A stretch of DNA of 64,000 nucleotides. Source: a virus. The DNA lies in IMG/VR virus record IMGVR_UViG_3300028883_000036, positions 43,656 through 107,655 of that record. One strand, 5' to 3'. Positions within the stretch are counted from its first letter, which is position 1. Each line of letters starts with the position of its first letter. Below are positions 30,601-38,691 of the stretch, in pieces. The notes beneath the pieces were generated by a model, which was given only the letters and a program-made list of their open reading frames with translations, made no database searches and was not told the origin of the DNA. Made by a program: the position numbers and the translations under genes.

Positions 30601-31782
30601 TTTAATACCAATTGAATGAATAAAATTACCGCTATATATAGGAGTAGCTGCACTTAAATATATTGTTTGAGTAGTTAATCTTGTAGGATCATATTCAGTA
30701 ATAGAAATTTGATTTTCTTTAATATCACCAACTGAGCAATTTAAATCATCATAATTAAATAGTATATAATTTTCTTCTGTTCCTGTATCCCAAGCAAAAG
30801 TTAAACAATTTCCTGATGGTGCTACTCTTGTATGAACAGGATAATTATCAGGATTATATCTTGAATAATAATAATCACCAGCACCACCACTAGGTTGAAT
30901 ACCATAAAATTCTAAAAAATGATAATCTTCAAACTCATCAGTTAATTTTCCAAATGTATCATCTATATTCTGAACACACCATTCCCCCCATCTTTCATAT
31001 ATATTTAAATGATTACTAGTATTTTTCGAAAATAACTTCCATACTATATAAAGAGCATTATATGTTCCTATTCTTTTTAAAAAATATGGTAAATTTTCTA
31101 CCCATTCTCTCAATGAAAGTTCATCAAGAACTTCTTCTGATATTTCCACTCCATATGTACTTGCAATATAAGCTAACCATCTTATATCAATTTCTTTTGC
31201 ATCAAACATAGACCAAAATGTTTTTGTCATATTATACATCTCATGATGTACTTGATCCCAATAAACCTTTAACCATTCTTCCATATTAACAGTTTGATTA
31301 TGTTGTGGAATTCCCTTTAAAGTAAAATCTTTAAGTCCTTCAAATTCAATTGAATATGTATTTATTTCATTACTTACAGGCCAAATTTTACCAAAGAATA
31401 AAAATGTTTTTTCTTGATTACAATAATTATGATATAAATCATCTTGTTCTGGTCTTGCTAACCAATAATGAAAAAAAGAATCTTTTCTAAAATACATTTC
31501 ATTACCGATATCAAAAGCACTAGAAGCAACAGAAAAAGTAGATTCAAGACCTTCATATGTCATTTTAAATCTATTACCAACTATTTCTTTAATCTTAAAT
31601 CTATGCCCAACATACCCTCTATCAGAATTATCTTCATAAAGAATAGTATATACCCCACCTTGACTTACTACAGTACGATTAGGACCAATCAATACACTTT
31701 TTTGAGTACCTACTCTTTCTGCAACTAAAATATCAAAATATGACTTCAATAATTTATAATTAGGATCTGAAAATTTCCCCAT
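27631..31782 (-). CDS. Large baseplate wedge (gp7-like)/fibre protein with poly-Ser linker and C-terminal RCC1/BLIP-II propeller
   Basis: D..WLAYIA.TYG ... LK.IGTY..L (P2 gpI/gp7-like), KPVN, W.ITHNL repeats, ITEVGLF, then about 7 KTDGTLWSWG.N..GQLG repeats. Confidence 0.75.
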   Translation of the reverse strand: MGKFSDPNYKLLKSYFDILVAERVGTQKSVLIGPNRTVVSQGGVYTILYEDNSDRGYVGHRFKIKEIVGNRFKMTYEGLESTFSVASSAFDIGNEMYFRKDSFFHYWLARPEQDDLYHNYCNQEKTFLFFGKIWPVSNEINTYSIEFEGLKDFTLKGIPQHNQTVNMEEWLKVYWDQVHHEMYNMTKTFWSMFDAKEIDIRWLAYIASTYGVEISEEVLDELSLREWVENLPYFLKRIGTYNALYIVWKLFSKNTSNHLNIYERWGEWCVQNIDDTFGKLTDEFEDYHFLEFYGIQPSGGAGDYYYSRYNPDNYPVHTRVAPSGNCLTFAWDTGTEENYILFNYDDLNCSVGDIKENQISITEYDPTRLTTQTIYLSAATPIYSGNFIHSIGIKMDENVYLNQPSNLVFWSLSNEVAQISDHVGDYIYCSFEASGSNIFFRLGESKSGIENSTKSTYVYTYNTPYYLTIDRTDAVLRVRVYSTENRLVGDLLETFSLSLSSVNSYSILTVLNGKRITGHQKWSGTIYGLSLNNTYTQTITNSGYPVITPHYKVQVDLSTEPLGDIFDNDTIISEDIIDELITNFDYVKPVNKYAHYEELIAPLAKVDRIGDSVALYPKNSNGFMNTFFTGSRFISAGGRSSGGFNTDSHFQQFASKKWTITHNLNSKYILVQPWVFVGPTSVGAKLVQPDTVHMLSDNAVELTFNESVRGVAAIAGSAANGISFYNENYVSAGADIWNITHNLSTNTPSGYIGTSAAPGPIAMHWDTNGYRVIPYINDIPTQDIIQTTWNTAVSGGSLVRRSDYIHNQYDPSTKWSIEHKLNSWVIVQCYDITTYETISPDRIVIIDQDNLEIYWAENKRGYAHIIQVLRDRVVYSPYNCDILGIGICPDVLGYWKVGTGTSTLWNPFVENDLESPVTSGAYEAIEQYGSQQVLVDFIVPKDYSDVDITEVGLFNYLDDLIMYSRCSTLHKPEGVQCFFHYRIEALNSSSSSSTSSSSSSSVSSSSISSSSSSESTSSSSSSSTAIVGELFAWGFNPFGQLGLNDTDRRSSPTQVGSDTTWKEVDMGALNIVIKLDGTLWTCGYGSNGGLGNGSTSSKSVLTQVGALTDWEYCSTDGISSCLAIKTDGTLWSWGYNNNGQLGDGTIVSKSSPIQIGALTDWAVISQCQYTCHAIKTDGTLWSWGSNLYGQLGLGDQGATTHRSSPTQVGSDTNWSNVKDGTYHTIAVKTDGTLWSWGRNLEGQLGDGTIVSKSSPVQIGALTDWSDEIAGSELTSHAVKTDGTLWSWGNNTDLQLGLTGGAVNSPTQVGTDTWSSVYSGINSTFAIKTDGTLWSWGNNSYGQLADGTIISHSLPEQVGSETDWLKIGSTDQNQAGVGCAGIRI
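27991..28368. repeat. Near-identical 69-nt direct repeat inside the RCC1 coding region
   Basis: 27991-28059 vs 28300-28368 differ at 1 of 69 positions. Confidence 0.85.
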
Positions 31783-32196
31783 TTAGCTTACCTTTATTTT
31801 TTTAATAGCATCATCAAGTTTTTTCTTAATATCATTTCTTCTTTCTAATAAATCTTTATAATCTTGTTGTAATATAACGTCTTCAGGATATCTTCTCATT
31901 TGTCTTTTTAATTCAAATAAATCATTAGTTAATTTATCATACATAAATTGAAAATATCTAACATCAGATTTATATTGTTGATTTTCTAAAGCACCAGCAA
32001 CTTTAATTTCCAAATTTTGTACTTCTTTTTCGGCATATACTTCAACTTTATCAACTCTTGTATTAGTAGCATAATGAACTTCAAATCCCCATATACCACC
32101 AACAATTGCAAATACTGTTGCAACAGCAGATAAAACAACAATTACTTTTTTAGTGAAATAACTTGTCCATGTTTTTTTATCTATTTCATCTACCAT
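31783..32196 (-). CDS. Membrane-anchored coiled-coil protein
   Basis: TM segment VIVVLSAVATVFAIVGGIWGF followed by a helical region. Confidence 0.65.
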   Translation of the reverse strand: MVDEIDKKTWTSYFTKKVIVVLSAVATVFAIVGGIWGFEVHYATNTRVDKVEVYAEKEVQNLEIKVAGALENQQYKSDVRYFQFMYDKLTNDLFELKRQMRRYPEDVILQQDYKDLLERRNDIKKKLDDAIKKIKVS

Positions 32197-32208
32197 TATT
32201 ATCTCCCA

Positions 32209-33921
32209 TTATGTTTCTTCAAATATTTTTACTGTGTTACTTGATAAATAAGGAAACTGATTCAATCCTAATTGAATAGGTCTTAACATATTATCTCTAT
32301 TTGTCCAAGGAGCATTAGACCATTTTGGAAATAATGTTGGATCATCAGAATTAACATTATATTCATATATAGTTTTATTAATGTTAATATCTCTTATATT
32401 TAAATTTCTTATTCCTTTGATATATTCAAAATTATCATCAGGAGATACATTACTTGTATCTATTAAATATTCTGTTATATCATTAAAATCTATTTCACTA
32501 TTAAACAATTGATTTTCAGCCCTAAAATAATAAATAAGTTTATTCAAAACATCTGTTTGAATATCAGCAAAATCATATATTCTTTTCTTTCTTACACCAA
32601 TTTCAAAACTAAAATATATTAAATCAGGAATTTCCATTATTTCATATGCTGATATCATTTTTCTTGGTCTTAAATAAAGAAGTAATTCATTTTCCCATGC
32701 AGAAGAATATCCTATTGGAATTAATATAGATTCTGTTTCATTCCAATCCGTAGTAATAGTACCCGCTGAAGTTTGAATTGTACTATTATTAAAATCTTCA
32801 GGAATAACACTAATATGAACTAAATTATATTCTTGTGGATCTCCTGAACCAGAAGGAACTAAATCTTGTTCACCATAAGCATTAGCTTTAATAACATCTG
32901 ATCTTGCTGATAAAAATGAATTATATGCTGTAGCATTTACATCTCTAAATTGTGATCTCAAAGCTGATTGAGAATTAAATCTAATTTCATCAATAGTTTC
33001 AGGAGCAGAAGCACCTATACTTGCTGCACTTAATGACATAGTAATTACATTATTATTAACATAAGAAGTAGTTATCCCTCTAGTAAGTTCTATAAATTCA
33101 TCTGAATTAATTACCCATGTTTCATCTGCATCTTCACCAATACTTCCATCTGTTCCTAAACTATCTAATGCTATTATAGATATATCATCATCTATTGTGG
33201 GAACATTTCTTGATGAATTAAATACTATTTTATTTCTTCTATATCTATCATATATTGACATATATACATTATCTGAAGATTCAATAACATCTAAATAAAA
33301 ATCTGAAACTCTTGTCCATTCTGTATCATTTACTGTAACTCTAATACTTGGTAATTCATCTGTTAAATCATCATCATATCCATATTCAGAAGGAAGAATT
33401 AACTCATTATCAATTAAATCATCACCTGTATATCCAGTTAAATTAACTAATTCTCCTTGTCTTACTGGAACATTTATAACGGTATCTGTACTTGAAGCTG
33501 TAACTTGTACTGAAGCTGTAGTAGCAAATAAAATTTGATTTCCATCAGTATCTTGTCTTCCTGAATCTAATTGTTTCCAAGGCAACACCCTAAGAACATC
33601 TCCTACTTGTGTTCCTGATACAGCTACTTGTAAAGTACATCTAGCAGATCTTGTTCCTTTTGGTTCATATCCTATTTGTCTTGCCAATCTATTTGCTGCT
33701 TCATAAACATCAGCAGTTTCAAGAAAATTATTTTTTGCTATTTTATTTATAAAAAATGTATTTAATTCACTTACATAAGCATTTAACTCCATTAAAATAG
33801 AAATATTAGATCCTTCAAAATCATAATCTTTAAATACTTCACTATTTTGAAGTTCTGTTTTGAATTTTTCTATTAGAGTTAAAAAATCTGTAGAAAGATA
33901 TTCAGGGGTAAATTCAGCCAT
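32209..33921 (-). CDS. Baseplate wedge subunit, T4 gp6-like
   Basis: DF..L...K..L...FKDYDFEGSNISILMELNAY, FLETA...A.RLA.QIGY.P, GA.PETIDEIR..S. Confidence 0.92.
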   Translation of the reverse strand: MAEFTPEYLSTDFLTLIEKFKTELQNSEVFKDYDFEGSNISILMELNAYVSELNTFFINKIAKNNFLETADVYEAANRLARQIGYEPKGTRSARCTLQVAVSGTQVGDVLRVLPWKQLDSGRQDTDGNQILFATTASVQVTASSTDTVINVPVRQGELVNLTGYTGDDLIDNELILPSEYGYDDDLTDELPSIRVTVNDTEWTRVSDFYLDVIESSDNVYMSIYDRYRRNKIVFNSSRNVPTIDDDISIIALDSLGTDGSIGEDADETWVINSDEFIELTRGITTSYVNNNVITMSLSAASIGASAPETIDEIRFNSQSALRSQFRDVNATAYNSFLSARSDVIKANAYGEQDLVPSGSGDPQEYNLVHISVIPEDFNNSTIQTSAGTITTDWNETESILIPIGYSSAWENELLLYLRPRKMISAYEIMEIPDLIYFSFEIGVRKKRIYDFADIQTDVLNKLIYYFRAENQLFNSEIDFNDITEYLIDTSNVSPDDNFEYIKGIRNLNIRDININKTIYEYNVNSDDPTLFPKWSNAPWTNRDNMLRPIQLGLNQFPYLSSNTVKIFEET

Positions 33922-33934
33922 TATTCAATTCTCC

Positions 33935-34312
33935 TTATCGTGTTAATATAAAACTCACAGTTTCAACTTCATCACTACCTATTATTGTAAAGTTGAGTCT
34001 ACATCTGTATGCATTTTGATCATACAATGGTTCAATATCAAATCTTGTAATATCAATTCTATTTTCCCAAATTTTAATAGCATCAATTAAATTTTCCGCT
34101 ATTTGTCTTGCAGAAATTTCATCAATAGGTTCAAACAAAAGATGTTTTACATTAGAAGCAAAAGTAGGTAGCATTCTTCTTTCCCCTTGAACAGTCAAAA
34201 TAATATTAGTTATACTATTAAATATTGCATCCACATCAGTATCTTTTTCAACATCTCCATCAGACTGTTTTGTAAAACTTCCATCATAATCACTATAAAA
34301 TACTGTTGCCAT
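33935..34312 (-). CDS. Baseplate wedge subunit gp25-like
   Basis: DAIFNSITNIILT.QGERRMLPTFAS....LLFEP ... IWENRI. Confidence 0.92.
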   Translation of the reverse strand: MATVFYSDYDGSFTKQSDGDVEKDTDVDAIFNSITNIILTVQGERRMLPTFASNVKHLLFEPIDEISARQIAENLIDAIKIWENRIDITRFDIEPLYDQNAYRCRLNFTIIGSDEVETVSFILTR

Positions 34313-34691
34313 TTTTTATCCTCTTTGGGTTTATTTTAATAGAATCTATCTTTCTATCTTTATTTATCTTTAATTGTTTGCATTTTTTAGAATTTTCAGT
34401 AATTAATATGCATTCTGTTTCTTCTTTTGCTTTTTTATTATATAAAATGATATGTTTTTTCTTTTTATAATATTCTTTATTATATTTCTTTATTGCATTT
34501 TTATTATTCTTCTTCCATTTTTCATTACATTTCTGTTGTATTAATTTTCCTTTTTGAGAAGATTTATATTTTTTGGTAATTTTTCTCATACAATCCCTAC
34601 AATATATATTTTTACCATCAGGATTAGATGTTTTTTTACCAAACTTCCCAATTTTTCTATTTCTACCACAACATTTACATATCTTCTTCAT
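34293..34691 (-). CDS. Zn-finger basic protein resembling the N-terminus of an HNH/EndoVII homing endonuclease, no nuclease domain seen
   Basis: CKCC...F.K....DG...YCRDC followed by a Lys-rich helix. Confidence 0.55.
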   Translation of the reverse strand: MKKICKCCGRNRKIGKFGKKTSNPDGKNIYCRDCMRKITKKYKSSQKGKLIQQKCNEKWKKNNKNAIKKYNKEYYKKKKHIILYNKKAKEETECILITENSKKCKQLKINKDRKIDSIKINPKRIKNGNSIL

Positions 34692-34842
34692 TTTTTTTAT
34701 GTTTCTTTTTTCTACTATATTTTGATTTATCTTTAAAAAATTGACTACCTTTAGCAGTAGGAATTCTTAATGCTTTCTTTTGATCTAAAGTATCTCTTTT
34801 TTTCTTTTTAGCTTCAGGTAAATATTTATCTATCAAATTCAT
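34675..34842 (-). CDS. 55-aa basic peptide with MNLIDKYLPE leader and ArfA-like YxRKxKH motif (not in ORF track)
   Basis: MNLIDKYLPEAKKKKRDTLDQKKALRIPTAKGSQFFKDKSKYSRKKKHKKNEEDM; GGAG upstream; starts 2 nt after the cca stop. Confidence 0.75.
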   Translation of the reverse strand: MNLIDKYLPEAKKKKRDTLDQKKALRIPTAKGSQFFKDKSKYSRKKKHKKNEEDM

Positions 34843-34843
34843 T

Positions 34844-36274
34844 CTAAACTCCTGTTATCTTTTTGATATATTTTTCAATTTCTTCTTTGTCTTCTATATC
34901 ATGGTCCATTATCCATTCTGTAGTTTGAGTTATTATCTTTCCAATTTTAGGTCCAGGTTTTAATCCTGTCCATTTTATTACATCTTTACCATCCACCAAT
35001 TTAATCTGTTTATTGAGTTGTTTAGCACCAAACTTTTCTTTAACCTTAACGGCTTTATCAACAATTTTTTCAAATTCTCCTGCATGACTAAACATATGTC
35101 CTCTTGCATATTCATCAGCTTTTCCAACACTAACCAATACATCCCAATTATTATCAGAAACAAGTTTAGCTATTTTAGAAGGTTTCATATCAAGAATCTT
35201 ATGAAACTTCATATGATTTCCAACTGCAAATATAAGAGCATCTTTTTCTTTATTACTCATTCTTAATCTATCAGCTATAGCATTCACTAAATCAATTGAT
35301 TTCCTAGCATGACCAAGATATTTGGGTAATCCTTTATCATGAGACAAAGTTATACCTTTACCTACATCGTGTAAAAGTATAGCCAAATTTTTAATCGGAT
35401 CAGCAGAATCACTCTTTTTAAGTGCTGCCATGACATGACTATATACTGTACCACCTTGCCCCCTTGTTTCTGGATGATGTTGTAAATTTTCTCTATACCA
35501 TTTCAAATTAACTATTTCAGGTAATATATGTTTAAGAAGTTTTAACTTATCCAACATATCAATATATTTTGCAAATTTATCTCCACTCTGAGAAGCAGAT
35601 TTCATCAATTCATCTTTAATTCTTTCAGGTGCAAGTCCTGTTATATTATGAGCTAATTTTTGTGCTGCTTTACTTGTATTTTTATCAACCTCAAAATCAA
35701 GTTTAGCTGCAAATCTTGCAAGTCTCATCATCCTCAAATAATCCTCACCAAACCGCTTGTAAGGATCACCAACAGTTTTTAAAACTTTATCTTTGATATC
35801 CCTCTTACCATCAAAATAATCTACAATTTCACCCTTAGAATTGATTCCCATTGCATTTATAGTAAAATCTCTCCTTTCAACATCCTCTTTAAACTTTCCT
35901 GTTATTGTAACCGATTCTGGTCTTCTACCATCAAAATAAGTTCCATCATTTCTAAACTGAGCTATTTCAAAATCATATCCACCTTGTTTCACAACTACAA
36001 TTCCAAAACTTTTTGATTTACCTATATCATATGTTTTAAACATAGTAGATAATTCATCCATAGGCATATTAGTTGCTATATCAACATCATGAGGTTTTAA
36101 ATTACCTAATACAATATCTCTTACACTTCCACCTACTATATAAGCCTTATATTTCTTCTTATTTATCTTATTTAGTATATCAACAGCTACTTTTAATTCT
36201 TTATTTCTTCTTATATAAGATTGCCAATCTTGTAATTTTTCTTTTGCTTCATTCAAATATCTTGTTAGTCTCAT
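34844..36274 (-). CDS. cca: Class II tRNA nucleotidyltransferase (CCA-adding) with HD domain
   Basis: VGGSVRD, DVDIAT, EDVERRDFTINAM, RFGEDYLRMMRLARF, ERIKDE, HHPE..H..LLHDVGK..GHA HD domain. Confidence 0.93.
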   Translation of the reverse strand: MRLTRYLNEAKEKLQDWQSYIRRNKELKVAVDILNKINKKKYKAYIVGGSVRDIVLGNLKPHDVDIATNMPMDELSTMFKTYDIGKSKSFGIVVVKQGGYDFEIAQFRNDGTYFDGRRPESVTITGKFKEDVERRDFTINAMGINSKGEIVDYFDGKRDIKDKVLKTVGDPYKRFGEDYLRMMRLARFAAKLDFEVDKNTSKAAQKLAHNITGLAPERIKDELMKSASQSGDKFAKYIDMLDKLKLLKHILPEIVNLKWYRENLQHHPETRGQGGTVYSHVMAALKKSDSADPIKNLAILLHDVGKGITLSHDKGLPKYLGHARKSIDLVNAIADRLRMSNKEKDALIFAVGNHMKFHKILDMKPSKIAKLVSDNNWDVLVSVGKADEYARGHMFSHAGEFEKIVDKAVKVKEKFGAKQLNKQIKLVDGKDVIKWTGLKPGPKIGKIITQTTEWIMDHDIEDKEEIEKYIKKITGV

Positions 36275-36693
36275 TATATATACCCATATTTTTTTGCATT
36301 TTTTATTGATTTATTAGACATAGCAACAGGAATTTTTTTCATACCTAAATCTCTTAATACAGCATATCTATGTCTTCCATTTCCAAAAGATATTCTACCA
36401 ATATCATCAATATCAACAGAAGAAACTATAATATTTCCTTCAGGAGATTCACCTAACCATCTTTTTCTTTCATCTTCTGGTTTTTCTATAATTTCTTTAA
36501 ACATTTTATATCTACCACCAATAGCATTCCCACTTCCACCTTTACCAATATAAAAATTTTTATCCCTTGACCATTCTTTATCAAATTTATTAACAATTAC
36601 TTTTACAATTTTTCTATCAGTTTCAAATTTAGCCTTTTCAAATTTTAAAGACTTCAAATCAATTCCTTCATTCAAATATCTTTTAAATTTCAT
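36274..36693 (-). CDS. ParB/Srx-like domain protein with MKFKRYLNE leader
   Basis: ISFGNGRHRYAVLRDLGMKKIPV. Confidence 0.65.
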   Translation of the reverse strand: MKFKRYLNEGIDLKSLKFEKAKFETDRKIVKVIVNKFDKEWSRDKNFYIGKGGSGNAIGGRYKMFKEIIEKPEDERKRWLGESPEGNIIVSSVDIDDIGRISFGNGRHRYAVLRDLGMKKIPVAMSNKSIKNAKKYGYI

Positions 36694-37406
36694 TAAAAAT
36701 ACCTCTTTGGATTTTTAGTAGAACTACCTGTAGCAGCATTAATAGTTTCATTTATTTCTTTCTGAACTATTTCTGATTTAGCTTTAAAAGATTTTATATT
36801 ATCTTTTAATGCAGTATCAAATCCTGTCATTAATATATCTTCATCAAAACTTCCATCTTCCGCAAGATATAAATCATCTGTAACTGTAGTAACTCTATCT
36901 TGTAATAATTGTATTTGATCTGCATATTCTGATGCCTGTTGTGATAAAGAAACACATTGTAATTTTTTATTTATTGCAGCAATTAAATCACTAATTTCAC
37001 TAGTAAGCCCCCAAATTTTTTGTAAAGCTTTCATCAAATCACTTTCAGGTAATGCCAATATTTCACTAATAGCATCTAATCCATCTTCAATATTATTCAA
37101 TACATTATTCGCATATTTTTTTATATTAGCCAAAGCAATACTTAAACAATCTCCTACAAGATCATTTATAGGTTCAATATCTGATACTGATGCACATAAA
37201 ACTTCAGAAGTCAAAGCATTTAAAGCAGTATTAATAGTACTAGATGGAGATATGCTATTAGGATCAAAACCTGTTCCTTGAGATCTAAAATCATCTACAT
37301 ATGGAGTTATCCCTCTTGCTTGTGCTTCAAGTGTATCTATCTCCCCTGTACTTGTATCTATAATATTTTGTAAAGGATCTATACTATTATTTTGATTACA
37401 AGTCAT
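36693..37406 (-). CDS. Hypothetical helical baseplate-associated protein
   Basis: 237-aa acidic helical ORF directly after gp5. Confidence 0.6.
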   Translation of the reverse strand: MTCNQNNSIDPLQNIIDTSTGEIDTLEAQARGITPYVDDFRSQGTGFDPNSISPSSTINTALNALTSEVLCASVSDIEPINDLVGDCLSIALANIKKYANNVLNNIEDGLDAISEILALPESDLMKALQKIWGLTSEISDLIAAINKKLQCVSLSQQASEYADQIQLLQDRVTTVTDDLYLAEDGSFDEDILMTGFDTALKDNIKSFKAKSEIVQKEINETINAATGSSTKNPKRYF

Positions 37407-37414
37407 ATCTTCTC

Positions 37415-38683
37415 CTAGCTTGCTTGAGTATTTGTTGTTAATTCACTAGAACTCATTTGTTGATTAGGTGGATCAGTAGTTCCCCCACCATCACCATTTT
37501 CTTTATGAGTATGAGAATTATACACTGAAGCAGCAGTAGCATTCATTATTTTCTTTAATGATCCTTGATTAGCAAGATTTACTGTTCCTGTTAAATTTAT
37601 TGTAGGAGCAGTAACAGTAGTAGTACCATCTGATGTAATATTAGCTGCTCCTGTTACAGTAATATTTAATGCACCACCAATATCTTCTGTTTTATTACCA
37701 CCAATATCTTCTGTTTTATTACCATCAATATCTTCTGTTTTATTACCATCAATATCTTCTGTTTTATTACCACCAATATCTTCTGTTTTATTACCACCAA
37801 TAGTTTGACTCATGTTATTTGTAATTTGTTCTTCTTTGCTACCATTTATTTCTATAGTTTCATCTTCAGCTATTCTCTTTTTTGATCCTGCATCTATAGT
37901 AAGATTTCTTTGTTGTTTAATATGAATGTTTTTACCTTCAGCAATTATTTCATATTTTTCTCCATCATTTTTAACAACCATATTTCCATTATTATCAATT
38001 TCAATAAAACTATTAGATGGATGATAAAGATGTAATCTAGTAGAACCAGGAGTTGAATCTAATTCAATTGTTATTCCACCATGAGTAGCAATAACATGAT
38101 TATGAGGATATTGTGAATTATAAGGTGAAATGGGTTCCGACCAACTACCACCCAAAGCTGTTGGAACACCTAAATCTCTTTCATTATTTTTTGTTGTTAC
38201 TAAAGTTTCTTTTGATATTCCTCTTGATAATCTATGAAAATCAGGTTCACCTAATCTACCATTAACAGGATATTGCCCATCAGGATCTTTAAAGCCATCA
38301 CTTTTATTTGTTTCTCTATTATTATTTGAATATTGTTCCTTTGATTCAGGTATTCCTGGCAAAGAAGCAAAATATCTTGGTTCAGAAGGATTAGAATTTT
38401 CAAAAAATACCATTACTTGTGACCCTTGTAATGGAACAGCCCATGAACCAAATCCACTTATAGATCCTTCATGAATAGGCATACAAGGTTCAGCCCAAGG
38501 TAATTCATCTGTTGGTATACCTTCTATATCATTCTTTGTAATCTTTGGTGTATGTAATCCATGTATTCTTATTCTAACTCTACCTGCTTTTAATGGATCT
38601 TTATTATCTTCAACAACACCACGATAAAAACCAGTTAAATTTTCAATATTAATTCTTAAATCTTTTGGTGGATTTTTAAGCAT
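37415..38683 (-). CDS. Baseplate central spike gp5-like (OB fold, beta-helix, HxH tip; no lysozyme domain seen)
   Basis: GVVEDNKDPLKAGRVRIRIHGLH, LPWA, YP.NHV..T.GG..E.D.TPG..R...YHPS, GGNKTEDI repeats, YNSHTH. Confidence 0.9.
   Translation of the reverse strand: MLKNPPKDLRINIENLTGFYRGVVEDNKDPLKAGRVRIRIHGLHTPKITKNDIEGIPTDELPWAEPCMPIHEGSISGFGSWAVPLQGSQVMVFFENSNPSEPRYFASLPGIPESKEQYSNNNRETNKSDGFKDPDGQYPVNGRLGEPDFHRLSRGISKETLVTTKNNERDLGVPTALGGSWSEPISPYNSQYPHNHVIATHGGITIELDSTPGSTRLHLYHPSNSFIEIDNNGNMVVKNDGEKYEIIAEGKNIHIKQQRNLTIDAGSKKRIAEDETIEINGSKEEQITNNMSQTIGGNKTEDIGGNKTEDIDGNKTEDIDGNKTEDIGGNKTEDIGGALNITVTGAANITSDGTTTVTAPTINLTGTVNLANQGSLKKIMNATAASVYNSHTHKENGDGGGTTDPPNQQMSSSELTTNTQAS
37673..37801. 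repeat. 24-nt tandem repeat encoding 8-aa beta-helix units (G/D)GNKTEDI
   Basis: About 5.5 copies of acca(c/t)caatatcttctgttttatt. Confidence 0.9.
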
Positions 38684-38691
38684 TATTACTC

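Noticed and set aside
37673-37801. CRISPR array (also considered for the 21.4, 42.6 and 63.8 kb repeats)
   Set aside because: Contiguous in-frame coding repeats with no unique spacers.
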